From positions 11,726-75,725 of the forward strand of contig JAHEYP010000014.1 in assembly GCA_023251535.1 (NCBI GenBank): 64,000 nt of DNA, written 5' to 3'. The notes under the pieces were generated by a model. The model saw only the letters and a program-made list of their open reading frames with translations, searched no databases and was not told the origin of the DNA. This stretch comes from Bacteroidota bacterium. Its GTDB lineage: Bacteria > Bacteroidota > Bacteroidia > AKYH767-A > OLB10. Shown here in pieces: positions 1-10,400 of this stretch (position 1 is its first letter; each line of letters starts with the position of its first letter). The position numbers and the translations under genes are program-made.

Positions 1-326
1 GCAATAGTATTTCGGCGTCATCATGTTTGTTCTTTAAGATTGACATCGGTTGCGGATTTCAAGTACTGCCTTCGATATTGGTGAATTATGAAAAGACGAA
101 GGGTGAGTACCTGAAGGATGTATTGCAGAGCCGTACAGGAATGCAAACCCTATTAGGTGGAGTTGGAGTGCAAGTATCATACAGGAAATTTGCTCTTGAT
201 ATTATGGCACAGAAAGCTATTAGCGAACCGAAGTCGAGCAATACGATGTTTACCACATTACGATCGGTGATAGGTTTAACCTATAACTTCTCGCAGGACA
301 ATTTTATCTTCCAAAAAAAAGATTAA
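1..326 (+). CDS. 3' end of a gene that starts upstream of the window; C-terminal fragment of an unknown, possibly outer-membrane, protein
   Basis: Frame is open from base 3 with no upstream stop; stop codon at 324-326; a hairpin terminator follows directly. Confidence 0.4.
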   Translation, partial: NSISASSCLFFKIDIGCGFQVLPSILVNYEKTKGEYLKDVLQSRTGMQTLLGGVGVQVSYRKFALDIMAQKAISEPKSSNTMFTTLRSVIGLTYNFSQDNFIFQKKD

Positions 327-343
327 AAATAGTCCAATCGAAA

Positions 344-382
344 CAGGGCAGGGGATAAGTAGTTCTCCTGCCCTGTTTATTT
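344..382 (+). terminator. Rho-independent terminator: perfect 9-bp stem cagggcagg/cctgccctg followed by a T-run
   Basis: Inverted repeat 344-352 / 367-375 followed by tttattt. Confidence 0.6.
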
Positions 383-447
383 AGCGATAGTTGGCAATTG
401 TTTGATGCTCCCTTTTTTCGTAATATTGCAATACACAAAGTCAATCC

Positions 448-1239
448 ATGAAAAAGCAAAACTCCCTACTTCTATTCATTAGCGTGTTATTGATAACCTT
501 TTCGGCATGCAAGAAAGACGATGAACAATCGGGAGGAACAGGAAGCAATACCTCAACAGGATCAGCCAAAATTATCTTCAATAACATGGCAGGTTCGGTT
601 CCTTTGAATGTTGCGGGAGATTCGGTTTATACCAATTCATCGGGTGAGACTTTTACGGTTACGGCACTTCGATACTATGTTTCTAATTTCTCTTTTGTAA
701 AGGATGACGGTACTGTAGTTACTCTTCCAGCCGATTATTATTTGATAGATCAGTCGGGCAAGACGGGCTTCAAAAGAACCATCAGCGGACTTCCTGTAGG
801 CTCTTATAAAGGTGTACGATTCCTAATAGGAGTAGATAGTGCGAAGACCGTTCAAGGAGCTCAAACGGGCGATTTAGATCCGTCGAACGGCATGGTTTGG
901 GACTGGAATACCGGCTATATCTTTGTTAAATTGGAGGGGAATTCTCCGGTTGCAGGAACAATTGATAGCACTTATCAATACCATATCAGCGGATATAAAA
1001 CATCTAATAATACCTATGCTTTGCATTGGGCTGATATCTCATTTGGCAGTCAGCCGTTAGTTATAACAACAACAACTTTACCTCAACTTAACCTCAAAAC
1101 GGATATTCTGGAATTTTTCAGAAATCCTTATGATCTCTCAATTGTTGATAATCCTGTAGTCACAGCGAGTGGAACAACTGCAGTAAGTATTTCGAATAAT
1201 TATGCAGATATGTTCTCATTTGACCATATTCAAAACTAG
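448..1239 (+). CDS. Hypothetical lipoprotein (signal peptide plus lipobox Cys); possibly a periplasmic metal-binding MbnP-like fold
   Basis: N-terminus MKKQNSLLLFISVLLITFSACKKDD; W-rich motif DPSNGMVWDWNTGYIFVKLEG; no recognisable catalytic motif. Confidence 0.55.
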   Translation: MKKQNSLLLFISVLLITFSACKKDDEQSGGTGSNTSTGSAKIIFNNMAGSVPLNVAGDSVYTNSSGETFTVTALRYYVSNFSFVKDDGTVVTLPADYYLIDQSGKTGFKRTISGLPVGSYKGVRFLIGVDSAKTVQGAQTGDLDPSNGMVWDWNTGYIFVKLEGNSPVAGTIDSTYQYHISGYKTSNNTYALHWADISFGSQPLVITTTTLPQLNLKTDILEFFRNPYDLSIVDNPVVTASGTTAVSISNNYADMFSFDHIQN

Positions 1240-1518
1240 TTGACCATTACTTTTTAAGAGGCGTTAAATGCAAATTGCGAGGGAGCAGAATATGCAGTTT
1301 GTTGGTTTAAATCAAAATTTAAATTAAAATATATCGAGAGGTCACTCTGCGAGTTTTAATTTATTTCATTCATTAAATTAATATATATATTCATAAAATA
1401 TATTATTTAGTGTATTCGTATTTTCATGTATTCTATTAACATTGATATGTAGATAAGTGCATCACTCACGGTGTGCATTAACGAAGTCATGTGACGTAGC
1501 TTTGAGAAACTCCGGTAC

Positions 1519-4185
1519 ATGAAACGTGTTGTTAGCTCATCGATTATTTCAGTTGTCATCCTTTTGTTGGTGGCAGGTGGGTTTCTATACTATCAATATT
1601 ACCGTGGTGAGTCGTCGAAAGCCTTCGAGGCAGTTCCATCTGACGTAGCGTGGTTGATCTCAGTTGATCCTTCATCAGGGAACTTACAACAGTTAGCACG
1701 CACTGGATTTTTTAAGGAGCATGATTCCGTTCCTGTTCTTGATTCATGGTACAAAAGTTTGATTCGTCTCGATTCGGTGATGGTGAACAATAAAGTGATG
1801 AAGGATATTTTTAAGGATAGTCCTTTAATCATCTCAGGACATGTTACCGGTCCAAATAGCTTTAGCGAGTTGTTTTATATCCGCCTAGTGGGTGCCAATC
1901 CCGATGGCGAAGCCGATGAATTAGTAAAAGCATTACTGCATTCTACCGATGATATTCAACTAAGAAACTATAACGGGGTTGATATTCGCGAAATGACTAC
2001 TAGTGATCGTCAGACATTTTCGTGGACGGTTTCAAAAGGGATGTTTATTGGAAGCTATACTCCATATTTAGTAGAAGATGCCATACGTCAGCAGCGTTCA
2101 GCTAAGAGTCCTTCGCCTGCTTTGCGTTTGCTTCCTTTCACAGAAGGAAAAGAAAAGAGTTTATTGGTTGCGATTCGTTACTCAGGATTTTACAAGTGGG
2201 TAAGTTCGCAATTGAATGTCCAGGCAGGCATAAAAATGGATGCTTTACAGAGAGTAGGGGATTGGTCGATAGCTAAAATGGATTTGCATCCTAACCAAAT
2301 CACCTTTCAAGGTACAACGATCGTAAACGACAGTATTCAATTTTTATCGTTGTTTAGTGAGCAGAAAAGCGTTCCTATTAAAGTTACTTCGATCATGCCA
2401 TCACGTACGGCTGCAGCGGTAGTATGGGGAATTAGTGATCCTCAATTATGGTTAACGAACCTTGAGACCTATTTAAATCGCAATGCATCGGGTCCTGATG
2501 AGATAAAACGTAATGCAGGATATCGCAAATATTTTTCTGGATGGATGGGCAATGAAATTTCACTTATTGTGACTCAGCCTGTATCGACTGGAAACGACAA
2601 TCATTACTTTACTGCTATCAGTGTAAAAAACGAAGCTGTTTGTAAGAAACAATTGAGTGATTTATCGGCAACCGTTGCTGGTAGTACCAATGCTGAAGAA
2701 TCATATAACGGCAATGCTATACGTTATATTCCTGTTCCCGATGTGCTTCCTTCAGTTTTCGGGCCTTTATTCGGACGCATGAATCGTTGTTATTATACTA
2801 TCATTAATGGATACTTCCTTGCATCTAATCAAGTCTCGTCGCTAAGAGGTTATATTAATGACATAAAGACTAACAACCTCTTAAATTCTGATCCTCGTTT
2901 CTCTTCATTGGTAAGTGCTGTTCCTCAGCAAGGAAGTTTATTCTTTTATGGTAGTATACCTCAAAGTGAAAAAATATTCAGAAGCGTTGCAGCTCCTCAA
3001 TGGGTAAGCTGGTTAGCGAAATACAGTGAGAAATTGAAGAGCTGGAATGGACTCGTATTAAATATTGCAAGTAAAGACGGTGTATTTAATACCAATGGCT
3101 GTTTAGGATATTATGATGATGGAGTAAAAGGTCCACATTTAGTATGGAATACGAAGTTGGATACAACTATTGCAGCGGGTCCATTTATTCCTGTTAAAGA
3201 AGGTGATTTAATCTTTGCGCAAGATGAGCGTTTGCAATTATATGCTATAGGAAGGGATGGAGTAGTGAAATGGAAGAAAACCTTAGAAAGTACGATAAAG
3301 GGAAGCGTTAATGCAATAGATATGTATGGTGCAGGTGATCACCAATACCTTTTCAATACGGGTTCGTTTATTTATCTACTTGATTCGACCGGCGCTAATG
3401 TTGGGAATTATCCGATTCGATTGCCAGCAGGTGCGTCAGCAGGAATGTCGTTGCTACCATTAAATCCTTCTGTAAACGGACAATTCTTTATTCCATGTTC
3501 CAACATGCGTTTATATGGGTATTCTTATACTGGGAAGCCATTAGAAGGCTTTAGCACCGTTAAATTGCAAGATGTAGTACAGATGCCAGTTTGGTTATCA
3601 ACGTTAAATGGAGTTAGTTATTTAACGATAAATGATAAATCGGGAACTTGCTTCTTTGCCGATAAAAAAGGTGATCGAAAATTCACGCTAAAGGAAAAGT
3701 TAGTGGACATAAAAGAGAGTGCCATTTTCGCACCTGCTGATACATTAAGCTTATTCATGTTTTCACAAAATGGAGCAGTGAAGGTTGCTAAGGCTGATGG
3801 CATAACAGCTGATTTATTTATTACGGAGCAAACAGATATTTCTTCAATATTACCTATTGATGTTAATGGAGATAATGAAAATGACTTTTTGGTTTTCAAG
3901 CCGGGTGAAATTCAAGCAACAACTGCTGATGGTGTTGTGATTTTTAAATACAAAACCGATGCAGGAGAGTTGACTGATGCATCCATTTTAACATTACAAG
4001 GTAAGTCGTTAATTACTTTCCGCGGAGTGACCGACAACCGTTTTTACCTCTTAAACAGAAACGGAACGGTATACGAAGGTTTCCCTCAAGCAGGTATCAG
4101 TATACCGATAATTGTATCGGATAGTGAAATGATGTTTGTTGTGAAGTCGGATGAAAAAAGCTTGAGTTTATATCAAGTAGATTAA
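1519..4185 (+). CDS. Large (888 aa) membrane-anchored hypothetical protein with beta-propeller-like repeats
   Basis: Single N-terminal TM helix (IISVVILLLVAGGFLYY); long soluble domain with repeated G-rich/aromatic blades; no enzymatic motif recognised. Confidence 0.55.
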   Translation: MKRVVSSSIISVVILLLVAGGFLYYQYYRGESSKAFEAVPSDVAWLISVDPSSGNLQQLARTGFFKEHDSVPVLDSWYKSLIRLDSVMVNNKVMKDIFKDSPLIISGHVTGPNSFSELFYIRLVGANPDGEADELVKALLHSTDDIQLRNYNGVDIREMTTSDRQTFSWTVSKGMFIGSYTPYLVEDAIRQQRSAKSPSPALRLLPFTEGKEKSLLVAIRYSGFYKWVSSQLNVQAGIKMDALQRVGDWSIAKMDLHPNQITFQGTTIVNDSIQFLSLFSEQKSVPIKVTSIMPSRTAAAVVWGISDPQLWLTNLETYLNRNASGPDEIKRNAGYRKYFSGWMGNEISLIVTQPVSTGNDNHYFTAISVKNEAVCKKQLSDLSATVAGSTNAEESYNGNAIRYIPVPDVLPSVFGPLFGRMNRCYYTIINGYFLASNQVSSLRGYINDIKTNNLLNSDPRFSSLVSAVPQQGSLFFYGSIPQSEKIFRSVAAPQWVSWLAKYSEKLKSWNGLVLNIASKDGVFNTNGCLGYYDDGVKGPHLVWNTKLDTTIAAGPFIPVKEGDLIFAQDERLQLYAIGRDGVVKWKKTLESTIKGSVNAIDMYGAGDHQYLFNTGSFIYLLDSTGANVGNYPIRLPAGASAGMSLLPLNPSVNGQFFIPCSNMRLYGYSYTGKPLEGFSTVKLQDVVQMPVWLSTLNGVSYLTINDKSGTCFFADKKGDRKFTLKEKLVDIKESAIFAPADTLSLFMFSQNGAVKVAKADGITADLFITEQTDISSILPIDVNGDNENDFLVFKPGEIQATTADGVVIFKYKTDAGELTDASILTLQGKSLITFRGVTDNRFYLLNRNGTVYEGFPQAGISIPIIVSDSEMMFVVKSDEKSLSLYQVD

Positions 4186-4197
4186 GCACTTAAAAAA

Positions 4198-4506
4198 TTA
4201 CATTGCATCGAAACACTTATAAAGTGTATTGATGAATTTCTGTTCCGCTTTAGCTTCATATTCATCGGGGGTAATCCATGATTTATCGGAAATGGATTTA
4301 ATGTCGAGTGAAGTTTGCGTGTCTGAAACAGGCTTAATTTCTAATTCGATTTTAATCGATGGTTTTAAAAGTTTTTTCTTGGTACTTGCCTTTATGATAC
4401 CAGTGTTTTGGTCCATTTCCTCAATAATAAAGTCGCGCTTAACTAGCGCTTTCAAACTCACCTTGTAGACTGAGTTTGAGTCGTAGAAGAAAGATATTTT
4501 GCTCAT
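4198..4506 (-). CDS. Small hypothetical protein (about 102 aa from MSKISFFYD)
   Basis: ORF lies between the upstream gene end and the OmpA-gene terminator; a plausible start is the internal Met of the tracked ORF; no family recognised. Confidence 0.3.
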   Translation of the reverse strand: MSKISFFYDSNSVYKVSLKALVKRDFIIEEMDQNTGIIKASTKKKLLKPSIKIELEIKPVSDTQTSLDIKSISDKSWITPDEYEAKAEQKFINTLYKCFDAM

Positions 4507-4604
4507 AAAGAAATTGCCCTGAAACAAATGTAACAAACTAAGTTCAACATATCAACAACAAAAAATAATATTTGTTTCTTTCAAATGAAACAGGGAACGT
4601 TTGA

Positions 4605-4650
4605 AAAGAAAAAATCCCGAGACAATTGAATGTCCCGGGATTTTTATTTT
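4605..4650. terminator. Bidirectional hairpin terminator (about 10-bp stem, one mismatch) flanked by an A-run and a T-run
   Basis: atcccgagac...gtcccgggat with gaaaagaaaaaa upstream and tttttatttt downstream; lies just 3' of the minus-strand OmpA-family gene. Confidence 0.5.
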
Positions 4651-4674
4651 AAGCTTTTCAGCTAAATTCTTGAA

Positions 4675-6174
4675 TTATTTTTGATCAACAGCGAAATCAA
4701 CGCGGCGATTCATAGCGTTCAACTTGCTAGCCATAGGATCTTTTTCTCCTTTACTTTCAGTTGTTAAGCGAGCTGCATCGATACCAAATTCGCTTACTAA
4801 GATTTTCTTCACGTTTTCTGCGCGACGTAGTCCTAGTTTTTGATTTTCGTTATCACCACCTTTCACATCGCAATTACCAGTAATAGTAATTTTAAGATCT
4901 GGGTTAGCCTTCATTACTTTAGCGATTACTAAGATACGATCGTGGTAGATATTTTTAACTCCAGCATTTCCTAAATCGAAGAATACGCTAGGTAAGAATC
5001 CTGTTCCGTTTTTACCGTTAGATCCAGATCCTGAAAGACCATCTTTACCAAATTCACCTGGTTTAGCTAAAGTAATACCTTGGAAGTTTACCAATGAACC
5101 TTGAGGAGTTCCTGGTTCTAAGTCGCGGCTATCAGCAACACCGTCACCATCAGTATCAGTTTCAGCACCATTTGCATCAACTTTAGCTCCTTTAGCAGTA
5201 AACGGATCAGCATCTTTACTGTCAATTACACCATCACCATCAGTGTCAACTGCAGTTCCGTCGCCATATACTTTCGCACCTTCCGGTGTATTATTGTCTT
5301 TGTCGAATAAGTCAGATACTCCGTCTTTGTCTTTATCTCCTGAAAGGATATCGATTTTCTCTTTCATGTCGGCAAGGTCGTTGTAAACAACTTCCATAGG
5401 GTTAACCCATTCCATCGGTTTGTTTTTCTTACCGAATGTATAGTTTACACCTGCTGTTAACATTAAGTAGTTATCGTATTCAGAGAAAGTTTTTACTGTA
5501 GCATCTACATTATCGGTGAAGGATTTTCTATATTCAAAAGCCATTCCTACATCAACTTTGTTGATTTTGTATTTAAATCCTAATGAAACAGGTACCATTA
5601 ATTCAGTAATGTTACCAGATTCACGAAGTATTCGGCTTCCTACAGAATCTTCCTTTACAGTTGCATCGAAATTGAATAATCCAATACCTAATGTGGCTAC
5701 CATATGAAAATTCTTATTTCTATCGAGGAAACTGATATTTCCAAAGTTATAAGTCATTTCTAATGAGCTTTCAAACATTTTACTTTCCATTACTTCACTG
5801 ATAGGATAAGTAGAAGAGTGATTAGATCCTCCAATAGAAACTGGTTGATTTGTTAATGTATCGAGATAATCAGCATCTCTTGCTCCAAATTTCGAAACGA
5901 TTCCGCGAGCACGTAATCCGATTGAGTGAGTTAATTGGTAGTGTACTTGGGCACCAAAAGCAGGCTTCATTTCAGCTTGCTCTAGGAAACGATTGTTATT
6001 TTGTTTGCCTTTCAAAAGGTCGCCTAACAAGTGACTAACGCCAACTGTTACTCCTGCCGATAAACGGTCGTATTCCTTCGTTTTTGGTAGTCCGTAATTC
6101 GTGTTGCCCGACTGCGCAAACAACTGTCCGCCGAAACATACTAACAGGACAAGTGGTAAGTGCTTGATTTTCAT
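4675..6174 (-). CDS. OmpA-family outer-membrane protein with thrombospondin type-3 (calcium-binding) repeats
   Basis: C-terminal OmpA domain (NCDVKGGDNENQKLGLRRAENVKKIL...NRRVDFAV); multiple DTDGDGV.DS.D repeats; signal peptide starts at the internal Met MKIKHLPLVLLV. Confidence 0.8.
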   Translation of the reverse strand: MKIKHLPLVLLVCFGGQLFAQSGNTNYGLPKTKEYDRLSAGVTVGVSHLLGDLLKGKQNNNRFLEQAEMKPAFGAQVHYQLTHSIGLRARGIVSKFGARDADYLDTLTNQPVSIGGSNHSSTYPISEVMESKMFESSLEMTYNFGNISFLDRNKNFHMVATLGIGLFNFDATVKEDSVGSRILRESGNITELMVPVSLGFKYKINKVDVGMAFEYRKSFTDNVDATVKTFSEYDNYLMLTAGVNYTFGKKNKPMEWVNPMEVVYNDLADMKEKIDILSGDKDKDGVSDLFDKDNNTPEGAKVYGDGTAVDTDGDGVIDSKDADPFTAKGAKVDANGAETDTDGDGVADSRDLEPGTPQGSLVNFQGITLAKPGEFGKDGLSGSGSNGKNGTGFLPSVFFDLGNAGVKNIYHDRILVIAKVMKANPDLKITITGNCDVKGGDNENQKLGLRRAENVKKILVSEFGIDAARLTTESKGEKDPMASKLNAMNRRVDFAVDQK

Positions 6175-6272
6175 TAATATCGTGTTTTTTGGTGATTTGA
6201 TAGTGCAATAATAAATAAAAGTTGGATAAATGACCACATTTCAGCGCTTTAAGTGGCTGATTAATGCATTTT

Positions 6273-6926
6273 TCATCCCAAATCAGGCTTGATTCTTTGT
6301 AAGCCTTTAGGGTGGGAATTTTGAACAAGTTCAAGTAAATACCTCAAATGAGCTGGTTCTTCTACGAAATCGAGATCATCACTTTCAACAATAATTACAG
6401 AATCTGAAGGACTATGCTTTAGATGATGCAAGTACTGACCAGTAACTTTATCGAGATACTCACCTGGGATCGATTTCTCATAATCTCGTCCGCGTTTGGC
6501 AATATTGCTAAGTAAAGCAGGGGTCGTTTTATGAAGGTAAAGTATTAACTCAGGTTTATTTAACGATTGATTAATCATCATGAAAAATCGTCGGAATAAG
6601 TCCAATTCATGATTACTCAAATTTACTTGCGCAAAAAGCATCGATTTCTCGAAGATATAATCACTAATTAATAAATTATTCTGAGCAGTGCTTAATTCTT
6701 GTTGTGATTTTAATTGCTGATATCGTTCTGCTAAAAATGACATTTCTAGAGGGAATGCAAATCGCTCAGGATTTTCATAAAATTGAGGCAGAAAAGTATT
6801 GTCGGCGAATTCTTCTAATGCTAAATCGGCATTGAATTTAGTCGACATAATTTTAGCCAATGAAGTTTTTCCTGCTCCAATGTTTCCTTCTATGGCAATA
6901 TACGAATATGGTAAAGAGGTGTTCAT
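6273..6926 (-). CDS. Deoxynucleoside kinase (dAK/dGK/dCK family)
   Basis: P-loop IAIEGNIGAGKTSLAK and the overall dNK-family layout. Confidence 0.8.
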   Translation of the reverse strand: MNTSLPYSYIAIEGNIGAGKTSLAKIMSTKFNADLALEEFADNTFLPQFYENPERFAFPLEMSFLAERYQQLKSQQELSTAQNNLLISDYIFEKSMLFAQVNLSNHELDLFRRFFMMINQSLNKPELILYLHKTTPALLSNIAKRGRDYEKSIPGEYLDKVTGQYLHHLKHSPSDSVIIVESDDLDFVEEPAHLRYLLELVQNSHPKGLQRIKPDLG

Positions 6927-6928
6927 GG

Positions 6929-7420
6929 TTAAGGTTGACTAAATAGCTTTACTTCACTTTGATCGTTGCATAAATCTAATAATTCAATATTACTTTTTTT
7001 TACTATCGGATGAATGTAATCGGCAGCAATATCACATAATGGCACTAACGTAAATCGTCGGTTGGCGATTTCAGGATGAGGAACGGTAAGATTTGTTGTA
7101 ATAATGACTTCCGTGTTGAAATATAAAATATCGAGGTCGATGGTTCTTGGGCCCCATTTCTCGTGCCTTACTCGCCCCAATTTTAATTCAGCTTCCAGTA
7201 AAATATTTAGCAGCGCTTCGGGAGAATGTGGCGTTGTGATTTTAATTACTTTATTCAGGAAGGAAGATTGATTGGTATTTCCCCAGGCTGCAGTTTCATA
7301 AACTTTTGATACTGCAGAAATTATACCTGCATTAGTTGCAATTAAGGCTTCTGCATCTAACAGCATTTTCATCCTGTCGCCAAGATTACTTCCCGATAAA
7401 ATGTAAGCAGTAGATTGCAT
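6929..7420 (-). CDS. folK: 2-amino-4-hydroxy-6-hydroxymethyldihydropteridine pyrophosphokinase (HPPK)
   Basis: AYILSGSNLGDR...GPRTIDLDIL motifs typical of HPPK; 2-nt gap to the deoxynucleoside kinase gene. Confidence 0.85.
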   Translation of the reverse strand: MQSTAYILSGSNLGDRMKMLLDAEALIATNAGIISAVSKVYETAAWGNTNQSSFLNKVIKITTPHSPEALLNILLEAELKLGRVRHEKWGPRTIDLDILYFNTEVIITTNLTVPHPEIANRRFTLVPLCDIAADYIHPIVKKSNIELLDLCNDQSEVKLFSQP

Positions 7421-7543
7421 AATGCAAAAGTAAGATTCGATTTCTTTTTTTAGATTTGTACAGCTGTTTATTTTAGCCTTCCAACAGTTAATGATATTAG
7501 TTTATTCATTTATAGCCATATTACTTATTAACATTCAAAGTAT

Positions 7544-8056
7544 TTGAAAAAGTCATTGTCGGGCATATTTTTGGTGATTCTCCTTCTTCAAGGAGGCGGA
7601 TTTATGCTGCTATTACTTTTTCAACAACAGGCACTTAAATCCGAAATTCATTCGAAGATGAATCGTGGTGAGGTTGATTTCGAACAGATCGTTTTATCAA
7701 AAGCCGATTATCAAAAAGCTTTGGTCGAAGAAGGGGAGATTCTTATTGATGGAAAATTGTTTGATATTCAAAGTGAAACCATCATTCATAATAAAATTGT
7801 TTTAAGTGTTGTTTTTGATGAGAAGGAAGATGATGTTGTAAATGAAATTAAAAGCTTCATTCGAAGGAATTGCAGAAGTAATAAGTCTCTTCCCGATACT
7901 AGTGCGCATTTGTTTTCGTTAAGTTTTATCGGCACTACATATGCTTATTTTGTTCCTCTTTCATTTTCTTGTGAATTATATTCTTTGAGAAGTAAAATAT
8001 TTTTCTCTTGTCCTTCTTCTGAGGTTTTTACTCCTCCACCTCAGTTAATCGCTTAA
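7544..8056 (+). CDS. Hypothetical protein with an N-terminal hydrophobic segment
   Basis: ORF only; lies upstream of the TonB-dependent receptor gene. Confidence 0.35.
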   Translation: MKKSLSGIFLVILLLQGGGFMLLLLFQQQALKSEIHSKMNRGEVDFEQIVLSKADYQKALVEEGEILIDGKLFDIQSETIIHNKIVLSVVFDEKEDDVVNEIKSFIRRNCRSNKSLPDTSAHLFSLSFIGTTYAYFVPLSFSCELYSLRSKIFFSCPSSEVFTPPPQLIA

Positions 8057-8121
8057 TATACTGCTTTATTCACTTCGTGTATACGAAGTGTTGGTCTATT
8101 ATGTCTGATTAAATCATTACT

Positions 8122-10344
8122 ATGAAAAAAATTACATTCTTAAGTTCTATATTACTTAGTTCTATGGCTTGTGCTTCTTATGCACAAACTGTAAATATCG
8201 ATACCACTGTGTCGAAAAAAGTCTCTTTAAAAGAGGTCGTTATTTCAGTGAACAAAACGGAAGAGTCGCGAAAGACGGTTTCTCAGGAGGTGAAAGTTTT
8301 AACTTCTTCTGATATTGAAAATTCTCATGCACAATCTACAGGCGATTTACTCGCTAAGCAAGGTCTGCAAGTGCAAATGAGTCAGCAGGGTGGAGGTAGT
8401 CCAACTTTACGCGGATTCGAAGCCAGTCGTATCGGATTAGTAATCGATGGTGTTCGTTTGAATAATTTAATTTATCGTGCTGGTCACTTGCAAGATATTA
8501 TTAAAACCGATAATAATTCCTTAGATCGCGTTGAGATTCTTTATGGACCTTCTTCTACTATCTATGGTAGTGATGCTTTGGGTGGAGTGATTCATTTATA
8601 CACTAAAAAGCCAATGCTCGCAGGAGCTAACGGAAAGGCTAATATGAAGTTAAATGTATTTACTCGATACGGTTCAGTAAATAATGAATCGACTTCTCAT
8701 CTCGATTTCAACTATGGAGGAAAAAAACTCGCATCAATGACTTCGTTTACTTATTCAACTTTCGATGATTTGATGGGAGGGAAAAACCAGAATCCTTTCT
8801 ACAATGGTTCTTATGGCGAACGTCCGTATTATGTTGAACATATCAATGGCGTAGATTCGTTAGTGAAAAATAGCGATCGTTATCTTCAAGTGGGAAGCGG
8901 ATATTCTCAATATGATTTAGTGGAGAAGTTATTGTTTCAACAAAATGAACATATCAGCCACGGATTGAATATTCAATATTCAAATTCTACTGATGTTCCT
9001 CGTTATGATCGTTTGACAGATCCAAAGGGTAGCGGATTGAATTCTGCTGAATGGTATTATGGTCCCCAAAGCCGTTTGTTAACTGCTTATGATCTCAATA
9101 TAAAAAATGAAGAATCGTTATTTCAGCAAATTCATTTCGGATTGAATTACCAAGCATTGGAAGAAAGTCGTCATAATAGAGGATTCGGAAGTAAAAACAG
9201 AAATAACAGAATCGAAAAAGTTGGAGTAGTGGGAGCGAATCTCGATTTGCAGCGTTCAACTAAAAACCATGTAATTCGTTTCGGACTCGATGCTCAGTTG
9301 AATAATTTAAAATCAACTGCGAACAAAGAGAACATCGAAGATGGATCAACAGTTGCTTTAGATACTCGTTATCCAGATGGTAAAAATAACATGAATAATT
9401 ATGCTGTTTATTTCTCTCATACATGGACGATCAACGATCAATTAACATTAACTGACGGAATTCGCGGAGGCTATTCAACTTTGCACTCAACTTTGGTTGA
9501 TACTGCATTGTTATTCCATTTGCCATATACTGATATCGAACAAAAAACTCCAGTAGTTTCAGGAAGCATCGGATTGATTCATTCTCCTTCTGATGATCTC
9601 AAATTATCGTTGTTATTATCAACAGGATTCAGAGTTCCTAATGTAGATGATATGTCGAAAATATTTGGATCAGCTCCAGGAATGGTTATCGTTCCGAATG
9701 TCGATTTAAAGCCTGAGAAAACTATCAACTATGAGTTAGGAATAACTAAAATCTTTAATGGTAATTCACGTTGGGAAAACACCATGTATTTCACTACTTT
9801 CAAAGATGTAGCTGTAGTTGATACATTTACATATAACGGAAGTGATTCATTGATGTATGACGGAACAATGAGTAGAGTATATGCTAATCAGAACAAAGAT
9901 AAAGCGTATATCTTCGGATTCTCATCGAACTTCATCAGTAAACTTGATGATCATTTTATGATGTCGTTGGGATTAAATTACACGTATGGAAGAGTGAAAA
10001 CAGATTCAACAGATGCACCACTCGATCATATCGCTCCATTCATGGCTCGCACGTCATTCAGCTATTCGAACAATAAATTCAATGCTGATTTCTTTATCAA
10101 TTTTAGCGGTGCTAAATTGTTAAAGAACTACTCTTTAGGCGGAGAAGATAATGAGCAATATGCTACTGATATGGGAATGCCGGCTTGGTTCACTTTAAAC
10201 TTAAGAGCAGGATATCAAATTTATAAAGGCATCTCAATTCAAGCGGGTGTCGATAATATTTTCGATCTTCAATACCGTACGTTTGCCAGCGGAATTAATG
10301 CTCCGGGAAGAAATGTATTTGTATCATTGAAAGGAACATTCTAA
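8122..10344 (+). CDS. TonB-dependent outer-membrane receptor (non-SusC type)
   Basis: Signal peptide; plug-domain motif DRVEILYGPSSTIYGSDALGGVIHLYTKKP; 22-strand barrel length; C-terminal Phe. Confidence 0.85.
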   Translation: MKKITFLSSILLSSMACASYAQTVNIDTTVSKKVSLKEVVISVNKTEESRKTVSQEVKVLTSSDIENSHAQSTGDLLAKQGLQVQMSQQGGGSPTLRGFEASRIGLVIDGVRLNNLIYRAGHLQDIIKTDNNSLDRVEILYGPSSTIYGSDALGGVIHLYTKKPMLAGANGKANMKLNVFTRYGSVNNESTSHLDFNYGGKKLASMTSFTYSTFDDLMGGKNQNPFYNGSYGERPYYVEHINGVDSLVKNSDRYLQVGSGYSQYDLVEKLLFQQNEHISHGLNIQYSNSTDVPRYDRLTDPKGSGLNSAEWYYGPQSRLLTAYDLNIKNEESLFQQIHFGLNYQALEESRHNRGFGSKNRNNRIEKVGVVGANLDLQRSTKNHVIRFGLDAQLNNLKSTANKENIEDGSTVALDTRYPDGKNNMNNYAVYFSHTWTINDQLTLTDGIRGGYSTLHSTLVDTALLFHLPYTDIEQKTPVVSGSIGLIHSPSDDLKLSLLLSTGFRVPNVDDMSKIFGSAPGMVIVPNVDLKPEKTINYELGITKIFNGNSRWENTMYFTTFKDVAVVDTFTYNGSDSLMYDGTMSRVYANQNKDKAYIFGFSSNFISKLDDHFMMSLGLNYTYGRVKTDSTDAPLDHIAPFMARTSFSYSNNKFNADFFINFSGAKLLKNYSLGGEDNEQYATDMGMPAWFTLNLRAGYQIYKGISIQAGVDNIFDLQYRTFASGINAPGRNVFVSLKGTF

Positions 10345-10360
10345 AAAAAAAGTTCATTAA

Positions 10361-10400
10361 AATAAAAAGGTCTCGTAACAATTAACGAGACCTTTTTTTA
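10361..10400. terminator. Bidirectional terminator between convergent genes
   Basis: aaaaaggtctcgt...acgagaccttttttt. Confidence 0.6.

Noticed and set aside
1240-1518. Possible CRISPR array or tRNA in the long AT-rich spacers
   Set aside because: No direct repeats with regular spacing, no cloverleaf-compatible segments and no GC-rich stem sets were seen. The regions look like promoter or UTR DNA. No rRNA, tRNA or CRISPR array was found anywhere in the window.
4229-4468. A 79-aa plus-strand ORF
   Set aside because: It is antisense to the slightly more plausible minus-strand small ORF 4198-4506. Both are weak, and only one is listed, with low confidence.
6174-6237. The 21-aa N-terminal extension of the OmpA gene (MVIYPTFIYYCTIKSPKNTIL) and similar extensions on the 19636, 36131, 49826 and 62528 ORFs
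   Set aside because: Internal Met codons give canonical signal peptides or N-termini, so the longer ORFs are upstream read-through of the frame. The overlapping ORF 6035-6334 is likewise a shadow frame.
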